Shown piece after piece: positions 17,186 through 26,064 of a stretch of DNA of 64,000 nucleotides. Position 1 is the stretch's first letter. Each line of letters starts with the position of its first letter. Made by a program: the position numbers and the translations under genes. The notes beneath the pieces were generated by a model. It was not told the DNA's origin. It saw nothing but the letters and a program-made list of their open reading frames with translations, and searched no databases. The DNA lies in assembly GCA_965208325.1 (NCBI GenBank), contig OZ242326.1:3744001-3808000 (forward strand), written 5' to 3'. This DNA comes from Candidatus Poribacteria bacterium (GTDB lineage: Bacteria > Poribacteria > WGA-4E > PCPOR2b).

Positions 17186-17982
17186 GAGTTTTCCCCCTTT
17201 TTTTCATCAACGGGTTCAGGATGAAGTAAAGTCGTCATTCGCTCTGTATGTTCGTATTTATCATACAGGGAGAGATACTCACGAATCAATCGGTCAGAGA
17301 GATGGGTGATGAGCCGTATCTGTTCCTTTGGAAAGTCTTGATGATGGAGGGTTGCTACCTGAGTGAAATTACGCAAGTATCTCAACACGGCGCGTTCGGT
17401 GTGGTTCGTCTTTCGCTCAATGTCGGTGAATTGATAGCCTTTAAAGTACAGTTCTAGGATTTGGGTTTTATGAGAGATGCCGGGGCCCATGTCGTGTTTG
17501 GCGCCGCGAGTCATTACAAAAAACCCTTGCTGTTTCAACTGTCGAATGTCTCGTTTGACGGTCGCCGGGCTGGTGGTTAATAGCACCGCTAAATCTTCAT
17601 AGCTGAGCAAAGCGTCTTGGTCATAGGCTTGTTTGGTTAACCGTAAGATTCGATGTCGTCTGAGTCCTGCAAGTCCATAGTTGGCTAACACCTCAAGATC
17701 GGTGTGCACATCATTGAGGGTGAGTTGGCAGGAGACCTTTTTGGCTAAGGCAATGTGTTTACCTGCGGGTTCGTCGGCGGCTACGGCTTCATAGCAGATT
17801 TGGCCTGATGTGAGTTTAATATCGGCGTGTTGGGCAAAGTAGGAAGAAATCTGATTATAGTAGGCTTCGGCAAGGATAGGCATCAGATTGAAGTCTGACG
17901 CAATCTTCTGAATAATTGCCGCTCTCGCCGTCTTTGATTCCAGACGATTGATACCGTAGTTTGAATGACTTTGTGGTTTCAT
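17182..17982 (-). CDS. DUF1670-like protein A
   Basis: RRHRILRLTKQAYDQDALLSYEDLAVLL, TRGAKHDMGPGISHK, TNHTERAVLRY; GGAGG SD before ATG 17982; ATGA overlap with protein B. Confidence 0.8.
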   Translation of the reverse strand: MKPQSHSNYGINRLESKTARAAIIQKIASDFNLMPILAEAYYNQISSYFAQHADIKLTSGQICYEAVAADEPAGKHIALAKKVSCQLTLNDVHTDLEVLANYGLAGLRRHRILRLTKQAYDQDALLSYEDLAVLLTTSPATVKRDIRQLKQQGFFVMTRGAKHDMGPGISHKTQILELYFKGYQFTDIERKTNHTERAVLRYLRNFTQVATLHHQDFPKEQIRLITHLSDRLIREYLSLYDKYEHTERMTTLLHPEPVDEKKGENS

Positions 17983-18202
17983 AATGACCTCCATGGATTC
18001 ATGGTAATTGATGGAAATAACATCTGTTATCAGTTTAACTCATGGGGTCATTTGATACAAACTATAAAAAACTCGGTTTAAAGCACCACGGTTTACGCCG
18101 CTGGGAGGCAAGAACATAACGTTAGCGACTATCTACATTCTACATGACCATAAAAAAACGGAGAAAACTGACCAAAAGCTGGAATAAGGAGTGCTCACAC
18201 CA

Positions 18203-19174
18203 ATGGAAGACCTTCAAGATACATTCAATGATTCGGAAGAACGCAACGTCATCATTATCGGCGGCGGTACGGCTGGCTTTGCCGCTGGCGTTTACACCTC
18301 GCGGGCAATGCTTGAACCGCTGCTCATTACTGGCGATGCGCTCGGCGGACAGCTTTCGTTGACGCTAGACCTGGAAAACTATCCAGGCTTCTTCGGCACG
18401 GAAGCCGTGGAATTCATCCAAGGCATGCAGAAACAAGCCGAGCGCTTTGGGACGGAAGTGCGGTTCGACACCGTGACAGCGGTCGATTTCAATCGCCATC
18501 CGTTCTATGTGAAGACGTATGAAAAGGAGTATCATGCCAAGGCGGTCATCATCTGCACCGGCGCCTCGCCGCGAACACTGAATATCTCCGGTGAAGCAGA
18601 ATACGGCGGGCGCGGAGTTTCGTACTGCGCAACTTGTGACGGATTTTTCTTCCAGGACCAGCGCCTGATTGTTGTCGGCGGGGGCGATGCGGCGCTTGAG
18701 GAAGGGCTGTTTTTGACAAAGTATGCCTCGGAGGTTTATGTGGTTCACCGCCGCGATCAACTCCGTGCAAGCCAAATTATGCAGGCACGCGCCTTCAAGA
18801 ACGATAAGATGAAATTCATTTGGGACACGGTCGTTGAAGAGATTCAGGGCAATAGCGGGAAGGTTACAGGGGCGCTGCTCAGAAATGTAAAGACCGATGA
18901 AAAACAGGTGTTTCCTATTGATGGTGTGTTTATCTTCATCGGGCATATCCCGAATACAGACCTGTTCAAGGGTATTATTGACATGGACGACCAAGAATAC
19001 GTCGTCGTCGATAACCTCCAGCAGACCAATATCGAAGGCGTTTTTGCAGCAGGTGACGTGCACGATCACGTCTTCCGCCAGGCTATTACTGCCGCTGGTA
19101 CGGGGGCAGCCGCAGCCATCTCGGCAGAGAAATTTATCGCTGCGTTGGAAAACCGCACCTACCCCGGGCAGTAG
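18203..19174 (+). CDS. trxB: Thioredoxin-disulfide reductase
   Basis: IIIGGG, GGQL..T..LENYPG, GVSYCATCDG, VGGGDAALEE, HRRD, GVFAAGDV.D..FRQAITAAG. Confidence 0.97.
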   Translation: MEDLQDTFNDSEERNVIIIGGGTAGFAAGVYTSRAMLEPLLITGDALGGQLSLTLDLENYPGFFGTEAVEFIQGMQKQAERFGTEVRFDTVTAVDFNRHPFYVKTYEKEYHAKAVIICTGASPRTLNISGEAEYGGRGVSYCATCDGFFFQDQRLIVVGGGDAALEEGLFLTKYASEVYVVHRRDQLRASQIMQARAFKNDKMKFIWDTVVEEIQGNSGKVTGALLRNVKTDEKQVFPIDGVFIFIGHIPNTDLFKGIIDMDDQEYVVVDNLQQTNIEGVFAAGDVHDHVFRQAITAAGTGAAAAISAEKFIAALENRTYPGQ

Positions 19175-19216
19175 GATCGGCGTGCGTCATTAGGTTACGT
19201 CGGATATTCTCTCGGT

Positions 19217-20584
19217 ATGTCAATTATCCGGTATGCCAAAACGGTCTTCTCAAAATTGGCGTGGTGTGTATATAACACCTACCGCCAAGGCGTGCATTTC
19301 CGGCGAAAACTCGCCGAAACAGAAAGGCGGTTGAACGGCAGCCGTGAGGATATCCTTCAATTTCAGTGGAACCGCGTGATTAGGATGCTCAAGCACGCGT
19401 ACGAAACGACGACGTATTACCGCGAGCTATTTGACTCGCTGAGAATCAGGCCTGAAGCCATTCAACGTCCATCAGATTACCTACAGATTCCGACGCTGGA
19501 GAAATCATCAGTTCGGGCGCGGTTAGGCGACCTTGTCTCCAACACATACCCAAAAAATCAGCTAAAGCAGAACGCCACGGGCGGATCATCGGGCACTCCG
19601 ATAGTCTTCTATCAGGACAACGGATATTGGAACAGGCGTAATCTGAGCGTATACTACTTTGACCGGTGGGCAGGTTGGGATTTCGGAGAGCGGCAACTGA
19701 TTATTTGGGGGCTTCCGGCGAATCACTCAAAAGCGGGCAGGGCGAAAGAACAACTGAACAGCTACTGGAGAAATCACTGGCGGTTCAATGGGTTTAACAC
19801 GTCCGAAGCGAAGATGGTGAATCTCTCCAAGGAGATGGAGCGGTGGCGTCCTCAAACAATTCTCGCCTACGCGTCGTCGCTCTATCAATTTGCGCAATGC
19901 CTTCATTGTAACGGACTCACACCCGACTGGGGGATTAAAGGCATCATCTCCTCCGCGGAGATGTTGTACCCGCACTACCGTGAACTCGCCGAACAGGTTT
20001 TCCAAACAAAGGTTCATAACCGCTACGGGAGCCGGGAAACTGGCCTCATCGCTATGGAGTGCAGCGCTGGGCGTATGCATATCAACTGTAATGACATTTA
20101 CCTAGAAATTGATAGCGATGAACCGTATACGAAACCCGGCGAAATCATTATCACCCACCTGAACAATTACGGCATGCCATTTGTACGCTACCGAATTGGC
20201 GATGTCGGTGTGCTGTCCAACGAGGTTTGTCCGTGTGGAAATCGCACCCCAATTTTGGGGGATTTATTGGGGCGGACGACGGCAACCTTCCGCAGCAAAG
20301 ACGGGCGGTCGATACACGGCGGGTACTTTACCCAACAGTTTTATGGGATAAAGACGGTAAGCCAGTTCCAATTGATCCAAGAGAGTTACGATTTGTGCAA
20401 GCTGAAACTTGCCGTAGACGACGCATTTACGGATGACACGCTCGGATGGATCGTCCACAAAATCAAAGACGCGCTTGGAGCTGATGTGCACGTCGAAACC
20501 GATTTTGTCGAGAGTATCCCTAAACCGCCATCCGGGAAAATGGCGTATACCATATCCAAGGTGACGGCTAAAGAGCGCCGATGA
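19217..20584 (+). CDS. Phenylacetate-CoA ligase/CapK-like adenylate-forming protein
   Basis: TGGSSGTP, YGSRE, MPFVRYRIGD, LLGR, SGK motifs. Confidence 0.88.
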   Translation: MSIIRYAKTVFSKLAWCVYNTYRQGVHFRRKLAETERRLNGSREDILQFQWNRVIRMLKHAYETTTYYRELFDSLRIRPEAIQRPSDYLQIPTLEKSSVRARLGDLVSNTYPKNQLKQNATGGSSGTPIVFYQDNGYWNRRNLSVYYFDRWAGWDFGERQLIIWGLPANHSKAGRAKEQLNSYWRNHWRFNGFNTSEAKMVNLSKEMERWRPQTILAYASSLYQFAQCLHCNGLTPDWGIKGIISSAEMLYPHYRELAEQVFQTKVHNRYGSRETGLIAMECSAGRMHINCNDIYLEIDSDEPYTKPGEIIITHLNNYGMPFVRYRIGDVGVLSNEVCPCGNRTPILGDLLGRTTATFRSKDGRSIHGGYFTQQFYGIKTVSQFQLIQESYDLCKLKLAVDDAFTDDTLGWIVHKIKDALGADVHVETDFVESIPKPPSGKMAYTISKVTAKERR

Positions 20585-20680
20585 TTGCCGTTTATCAAGC
20601 ACGCCGGTAAAATCGGGCGTTCGATGCAATCCACGGAACGCCTTGTATCGTTATTCTCTGCCCGGTGACGCTAACGGATA

Positions 20681-20800
20681 CTATAGTCGTTGCAACTAAA
20701 AATTTTACATGTACTCATTGGTTTGTGAGAGAGGCTTCCTAGCCTCGATTATCAATCAGTCAATCCCGCCTTGCCTAAATATGAACCTAGATGACTATAG
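20681..20800. mobile_element. MITE-like element (120 bp)
   Basis: Ends CTATAGTC...GACTATAG, with internal hairpin gaggcttcctagcctc, between convergent genes. Confidence 0.55.
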
Positions 20801-20837
20801 CGTTCGGTCAGATGGCGACGCGTAGAGCCGAAGCATC

Positions 20838-21611
20838 TTATTTGGTATTCGATTGGACTTGAGCAGCGCTCCGGTTTTTTGCACGATCGGTTTTGGGAAG
20901 CGTCGGCTTTTGTCCGACATAATACACCGCTGACGCCAGAATATGCGAATGTTTATTGCGCATCAATAGGTAGTCCAACCACACCAACGGAAACGTCAAC
21001 CAGCCCACAATCAGGGAAATCAGTTTCGCCGCCAACAGATTGCCAAAGGATAAGGCAAGGCCCACATATTCTCTAAAAATCCAGTGCAGCGACGCGGTTG
21101 GTCCCGCACAGTCGCCACCCTCAATCTTCGTGAATGCCCGGAACAGATAGTCAAAGCCGGGAACAGTATATCGCTGGTAATCGTGCGGCGAAGCGTGAAA
21201 TGCTTGCAAAAACGGTACGCCGGCGCACACATATCCACCGTCTTTGAGCGTCCGATGGATTTCGGCGGCTACCTGAATGGGCTCCCGAACATGCTCTAGT
21301 ACCGCTTCGGTGATTACCGCGTCGAAGACCTGATTCTTGAACGGCAAGCAATGTCCGTCTGCCAGAATATCAACGTGAGGGGTTGCTTCGATTTCAAGAT
21401 TGATTACGTTGGGCGCACGCCGATCCATTCCCGAACCGAGATCGAGGATTTTCGCGTCGGGTCCGACTAGCCGGATAATCCGTTTTACGGCTTTTTCCCA
21501 ACGCGGTGCGGGATACGGACATCCCATGAAAAGCGATAGAAGGCGGGATTGACGTAACCGGCGTTTGATTTGGGCGATGCGGTCTGATGGAGGGGGTTTT
21601 TGGGACGACAT
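20838..21611 (-). CDS. Class I SAM-dependent methyltransferase
   Basis: ILDLGSG, LPFKNQVFDAV..EAVLEHV, PF...H..PHDYQRYT. Confidence 0.9.
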   Translation of the reverse strand: MSSQKPPPSDRIAQIKRRLRQSRLLSLFMGCPYPAPRWEKAVKRIIRLVGPDAKILDLGSGMDRRAPNVINLEIEATPHVDILADGHCLPFKNQVFDAVITEAVLEHVREPIQVAAEIHRTLKDGGYVCAGVPFLQAFHASPHDYQRYTVPGFDYLFRAFTKIEGGDCAGPTASLHWIFREYVGLALSFGNLLAAKLISLIVGWLTFPLVWLDYLLMRNKHSHILASAVYYVGQKPTLPKTDRAKNRSAAQVQSNTK

Positions 21612-21715
21612 AAAAGACTAGGATTGCCAGCGGAGCGATGCGTGCGGTATTCTGAGAATTCCGATTTAGTATATTACACCTTCTTAGCCCTGTCAAGCCG
21701 ATCCCTGACGAGTCG

Positions 21716-22968
21716 CAGGGCAAAGGCATCTAAATTTTGTGCTTGACATGAGAGGAATTTGGGATATGCTTGTGTAAAATCTTCCAGAGGCGCATTCCCC
21801 ATGTCTAATCCCCCTATTTCCTCTATTGAAGCGCATTTTGAGTCATTGCCAGATCCTAGACGAGTTGATTGTCGCACACCCCATAAATTGCTTGATATTG
21901 TCGTAATTACTATCTGCGGGGTTATTTGCGGCGCCGATAATTGGGTGGCAATTGAAGCATTCGGAAACGCCAAGCATGAATGGCTAGCCAAGTTTTTGGA
22001 ATTACCGAAAGGCGTCCCGTCGCACGATACATTCAGGCGTGTGTTTAGTGCGATGAACGCTGCCAAATTCGAGGCATGTTTTATCAACTGGATGCGGAGT
22101 GCCATTGAAATGACACAAGGTCAAGTGATTGCCGTTGACGGAAAACAGCTTCGTCGTTCCTATGATACTCATAACAACAAATCAGCCATTCACTTGGTTA
22201 GCGCTTGGGCCTGCCATCAAGGGGTAGCGCTAGGACAACTTAAAGTTGCCGACAAGTCGAACGAGATTCCAGCCATACCCCAATTGCTTGAAGTATTGGA
22301 CGTGTCAGGGTGCATTGTTACTATTGATGCGATGGGTTGTCAAACCGACATCGCTCAAACCATTGCGGATTCAGAAGCCGACTACGTTTTCGCGCTTAAA
22401 GCCAATCAAGGACAGTTGTATGAAGATGTTCAACTTCTGTTTGATGGCGTCTCAACCGGCGGCATAAGAGATATAAAGGTTGACTCGACGCAAACAATTG
22501 ACGGCAATCATGGACGTATTGAAACCCGTTCTGCTTATGCGATTGCAGACCCCGGTGTAATTTCCACGCTTAGAGCAAGTGAAAACTTTGTCAATCTCAA
22601 CTCAATCGTCAAAGTTACTGCCGAGCGCGAAGTCAACCAAAAGATAACCACGGAGTCACGTTACTACATTTCTTCACTTCCCGGTGATGCACAACAGTTG
22701 CTTGAAGCCACCAGACATCACTGGCGGATTGAAAACTCATGTCATTGGGTGTTGGATGTTGCTTTCCGTGAGGACGCCTCTCGGATTCGTAAAGATAACA
22801 GCGGAGAGAACTTCGCCATTATCCGACGCATCGCGCTCAATTTACTCAAGGCTGAAAAGTCAACCAAACTTGGCGTCGCAAACAAACGGCTCAAAGCCGC
22901 ATGGGACAACAATTACTTGACTACTATTTTAGAAACTCTATTCTGAATAATCAGGTGCGTTTGCCCTG
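21716..22968 (+). mobile_element. ISAs1-family insertion sequence
   Basis: TIRs cagggcaaaggcatctaa and tcaggtgcgtttgccctg; 10-bp target duplication tgacgagtcg (21706-21715) and tgacaagtcg (22969-22978), one mismatch. Confidence 0.95.
21801..22946 (+). CDS. ISAs1-family DDE transposase
   Basis: DPR, PSHDTFRRV, AVDGK, KSNEI.AIP, TIDAMGCQ, HGRIETR, HW.IEN..HWVLDV.F.ED. Confidence 0.97.
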   Translation: MSNPPISSIEAHFESLPDPRRVDCRTPHKLLDIVVITICGVICGADNWVAIEAFGNAKHEWLAKFLELPKGVPSHDTFRRVFSAMNAAKFEACFINWMRSAIEMTQGQVIAVDGKQLRRSYDTHNNKSAIHLVSAWACHQGVALGQLKVADKSNEIPAIPQLLEVLDVSGCIVTIDAMGCQTDIAQTIADSEADYVFALKANQGQLYEDVQLLFDGVSTGGIRDIKVDSTQTIDGNHGRIETRSAYAIADPGVISTLRASENFVNLNSIVKVTAEREVNQKITTESRYYISSLPGDAQQLLEATRHHWRIENSCHWVLDVAFREDASRIRKDNSGENFAIIRRIALNLLKAEKSTKLGVANKRLKAAWDNNYLTTILETLF

Positions 22969-23010
22969 TGACAAGTCGTGAGTTATGGACGTGCGCCGAA
23001 TTCCACAGGA

Positions 23011-23040
23011 TTGACTTTTTGACGATAAATCGGGTATAAT
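23011..23040 (+). promoter_or_regulatory. Sigma-70-type promoter
   Basis: TTGACT-N18-TATAAT upstream of the 23135 gene. Confidence 0.55.
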
Positions 23041-23134
23041 TATCGTCGCCGCGGCATGTTTCGTTATGTAACCGGGCGTCTTCGAATGAGGGAGATTCAG
23101 GATTAACACGTTATAAAACTGGGAGGGAAATACA

Positions 23135-23788
23135 ATGAAGAAAGTTTGGACTTTAACCGTAGTAACACTTCTGATTACGGTTGCGGGTGCGTTTGCGGCG
23201 CAAACAACAACCGTGCGGGGCGATTACCTGGAAGCGCGTTCCGTTAGTGTCTATGTGGGCGCGTGTCACGCACAGTCCGAGGTGGTCGAAGGCGGGAGAG
23301 AGGCAACGCTCGTTTGGAACATTCACCAAGGGGAGTGGAACGGTGTCTCACTCGATAATTTAACCGTTGTTGCGGTTGTAACTGCAAAGAAAAACCTCGA
23401 AATGGATTCCGAGAGCCGACGAAGTGTACTATATCTCGACACGGAGACCACGATAGAACAACGCGCCGCGTTGGTTAATCTGATAACCACCAAACGCAGT
23501 GCGGTTGTAGGAGAAATCGCTAGCACGAAAATAGAGCCCATCGAATTCACCAAACAGGATTTGAAATATGAACTTCGTGTTGGCGAAATGTTGTCCCTAT
23601 CCGCGTTGCGCAATCCTTGCGAATATTGCACCCAGCCGCATGAGGTCTGGTACAAGCCCCTGGAAACAATTGACACCGCCGTTGTCGGGAAATCCAATAT
23701 CTACCGGTATAAGGACACAGTTCTCGCTGTAACGTGGAATCGCAGCGAACCGTCGAACAACATTTTCGTTGGGAGATTCGTCATGTAA
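23135..23788 (+). CDS. Secreted DUF1326-like protein
   Basis: Signal peptide; GDYLEAR...Y.G.C...E..GREA...W.I..G...GVSLD.L.VVAV. Confidence 0.7.
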   Translation: MKKVWTLTVVTLLITVAGAFAAQTTTVRGDYLEARSVSVYVGACHAQSEVVEGGREATLVWNIHQGEWNGVSLDNLTVVAVVTAKKNLEMDSESRRSVLYLDTETTIEQRAALVNLITTKRSAVVGEIASTKIEPIEFTKQDLKYELRVGEMLSLSALRNPCEYCTQPHEVWYKPLETIDTAVVGKSNIYRYKDTVLAVTWNRSEPSNNIFVGRFVM

Positions 23789-23869
23789 ACTGTGCCTCCG
23801 CCACCATGGACATACTTTGTGGGTTAGTTCAACTGGGAGTACCGACGTTCAAGAGGAGAATAGATTGTT

Positions 23870-25030
23870 ATGAGTTCTTGGAGACGCAAATTACGAATGG
23901 GTATGATTGGCGGCGGCCAGGGCGCCTTTATCGGTGGGGTGCACCGTATCGCAGCCGCGCTCGATCAACAGATCGAACTTGTCGCCGGCTGTTTCTCACG
24001 GGATACTGAAAACACTCGGATTACCGGCGAACAACTTCACCTCTCCGCCGCGCGTTGCTATGCGACCTATGAAGACATGGCCGCGGCTGAAGCCAATCTT
24101 CCCGAAGATGAGCGAATTGACTTCGTCAGCATCGTGACACCGAATGTCTCTCACTTCCCTATCGCAAAGACATTCCTAGACGCGGGGTTTCACATCATCT
24201 GCGATAAGCCGATGACCTACACGCTCGAAGAAGCGAAATCGCTCGCCAATCTTGTGGAGAAGACGGGGCTTGTCTTTGCAGTAACTTACAACTATACGGG
24301 GCACCCGCTGATAAGGCACGCCCGCCATCTATTCCGTTCCGGCGAAATGGGCATAGTCCGCAAGGTTGTTGTCGAATACTTCCAAGATTTTCTCATGGTA
24401 CCGCACGAGAAACTCGGCCAGAAACAGGCTGCTTGGCGGGTTGACCCTGCACAGTCCGGAATTGGCGGCACTATGGGTGATATTGGCACGCACTCTGTGA
24501 ATTTGGTTGAATATGTTACCGGCGATTCGATAACTGCGCTGTGTGCCGACAAAAGCACGTTTCTTCCGGATCGGACGCTTGATGAAGATGTAAACGCGTT
24601 GCTCCGTTTCAAAGGCGGGGGAAAGGGCGTATTGACTGTCAGCCAAGTCGCTACAGGGGAAGAGAACGGGCTGATTCTTCGCGTCTATGCATCCGAGGGC
24701 GCTGTCAAGTGGGCTCATGAGAATCCGAATTATCTTGAACTCTATCGTTACGGTGAGCCGAGACAAACGCTGGGGCGCGGCCAAGGCTATCTTTCTGAAT
24801 CAGCAGCCGCGTGCACACGCATTCCGCCCGGACACCCGGAAGGATATCTGGAAGGATTCGCTACAATTTACGTTGGCGTTGTTGAGGCAATCCAACGGCA
24901 CATTGATGGCAATCCCATGAAGACTGAAGAATACAATTTTCCGACCGTTTATGACGGTTTACGCGGCATGGAGTTTATCTATAAGACCGTGGAGTCTTGC
25001 AACAACGGCTCGACTTGGGTGAACCTGTAA
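23870..25030 (+). CDS. Gfo/Idh/MocA oxidoreductase
   Basis: GMIGGGQGAFIG.VH, TPN..H, ICDKP, GDIGTH, PGHPEGYLE. Confidence 0.95.
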   Translation: MSSWRRKLRMGMIGGGQGAFIGGVHRIAAALDQQIELVAGCFSRDTENTRITGEQLHLSAARCYATYEDMAAAEANLPEDERIDFVSIVTPNVSHFPIAKTFLDAGFHIICDKPMTYTLEEAKSLANLVEKTGLVFAVTYNYTGHPLIRHARHLFRSGEMGIVRKVVVEYFQDFLMVPHEKLGQKQAAWRVDPAQSGIGGTMGDIGTHSVNLVEYVTGDSITALCADKSTFLPDRTLDEDVNALLRFKGGGKGVLTVSQVATGEENGLILRVYASEGAVKWAHENPNYLELYRYGEPRQTLGRGQGYLSESAAACTRIPPGHPEGYLEGFATIYVGVVEAIQRHIDGNPMKTEEYNFPTVYDGLRGMEFIYKTVESCNNGSTWVNL

Positions 25031-25094
25031 ACGCCGGTAATTCTTTACACAAGCGCGGTGCAAGGAACAACGGGGTAACAACACGGAACTGGAA

Positions 25095-25937
25095 TTGTTG
25101 GACGTGAATGATAATGCATTTTCTCAACATAGCCTTGATGGATTGGTCGCGGTAGTTACCGGCGCTGCGCAAGGGTTGGGATTGGAAATCGCCAACCAGC
25201 TCGCGCGCCACGGCGCGGCGGTGATTATGGCGGACCTGCAATTGGAAAAGGCGCGAGCAACTGCAGGCGAGTTGCGAGAGATTGGCTTAACTGTACAAGC
25301 AGCATATCTGGACATTACTGACAGCAGCGGTGTGACCACTTTCTTTGAGCAAACGGCTGGCGAATACGGGCGACTGGACATTTTGGTCAATAATGCCGGT
25401 ATCGGGCAGAATGTGACTCCTATTGTCGATCTGAGCGATGAGGAATGGGGACGGGTGTTAAACGTCACCTTAACCGGTACGTTTTACTGCTGCCGCGCGG
25501 CGGGCGCAATCATGGAGCGTCTGGAGTCGGGGAGTATTGTCAATATCGCGTCCGTCAACGGTCAAAGTCCGGCCGCGCTAGTTGGGGCGTATAACGCGGC
25601 AAAGGCAGGCGTGATTAGTTTGACGCGTACACTGGCTCTGGAGCTGGCGGCTTACGGCGTTCGGGTGAACTCGGTGAGTCCGGGGCCCGTATACACCGAG
25701 TTTAACCGAAAGGGTATGGCGCAGCGCTGCCAAACCTTGAACATCACCGAAGATGAGATGATTGAACGCGTACGCAACGCCATTCCGTTAGGGAGGTGGG
25801 GCGAACCGGTTGACATCGCACAAGGCGTCGTGTTCCTTTGTAGTCCGGCAGCTTCGTGGATTACAGGCGAGGTTTTGAGGGTTGGCGGGGGATTGGAAGG
25901 TGTGTCAGCTACACCGCCGAAGCGCCCTAAACATTGA
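25095..25937 (+). CDS. Short-chain dehydrogenase/reductase
   Basis: TGAAQGLG, NNAG, YNAAK, VNSVSPG. Confidence 0.95.
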   Translation: MLDVNDNAFSQHSLDGLVAVVTGAAQGLGLEIANQLARHGAAVIMADLQLEKARATAGELREIGLTVQAAYLDITDSSGVTTFFEQTAGEYGRLDILVNNAGIGQNVTPIVDLSDEEWGRVLNVTLTGTFYCCRAAGAIMERLESGSIVNIASVNGQSPAALVGAYNAAKAGVISLTRTLALELAAYGVRVNSVSPGPVYTEFNRKGMAQRCQTLNITEDEMIERVRNAIPLGRWGEPVDIAQGVVFLCSPAASWITGEVLRVGGGLEGVSATPPKRPKH

Positions 25938-26064
25938 GCCGTTCATTGCATTATTGATGCAAAAGGGCTTCAATCCGCCGAAAAATGCTAGTTCTCAATC
26001 TATACCGGTTTGGGATTGAATTGCCCTAACTCAAAGTCCTAATGTTCAAGGGCGATGTATGATT

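Larger units (their letters stand above)
16049..18079. mobile_element. Putative novel mobile element carrying two DUF1670-like genes
   Basis: Left end AAACCGAGTTTT-N9-GTATCAAATGACC (16049-16082). Right end GGTCATTTGATAC-N9-AAAACTCGGTTT (18046-18079). AAAG lies directly outside both ends (16045-16048 and 18080-18083). Confidence 0.75.

Noticed and set aside
18365..19069. Long antisense ORFs (for example 234 aa opposite trxB; others opposite mfd, surA and the CDF gene)
   Set aside because: They are shadow frames of well-supported genes on the opposite strand.
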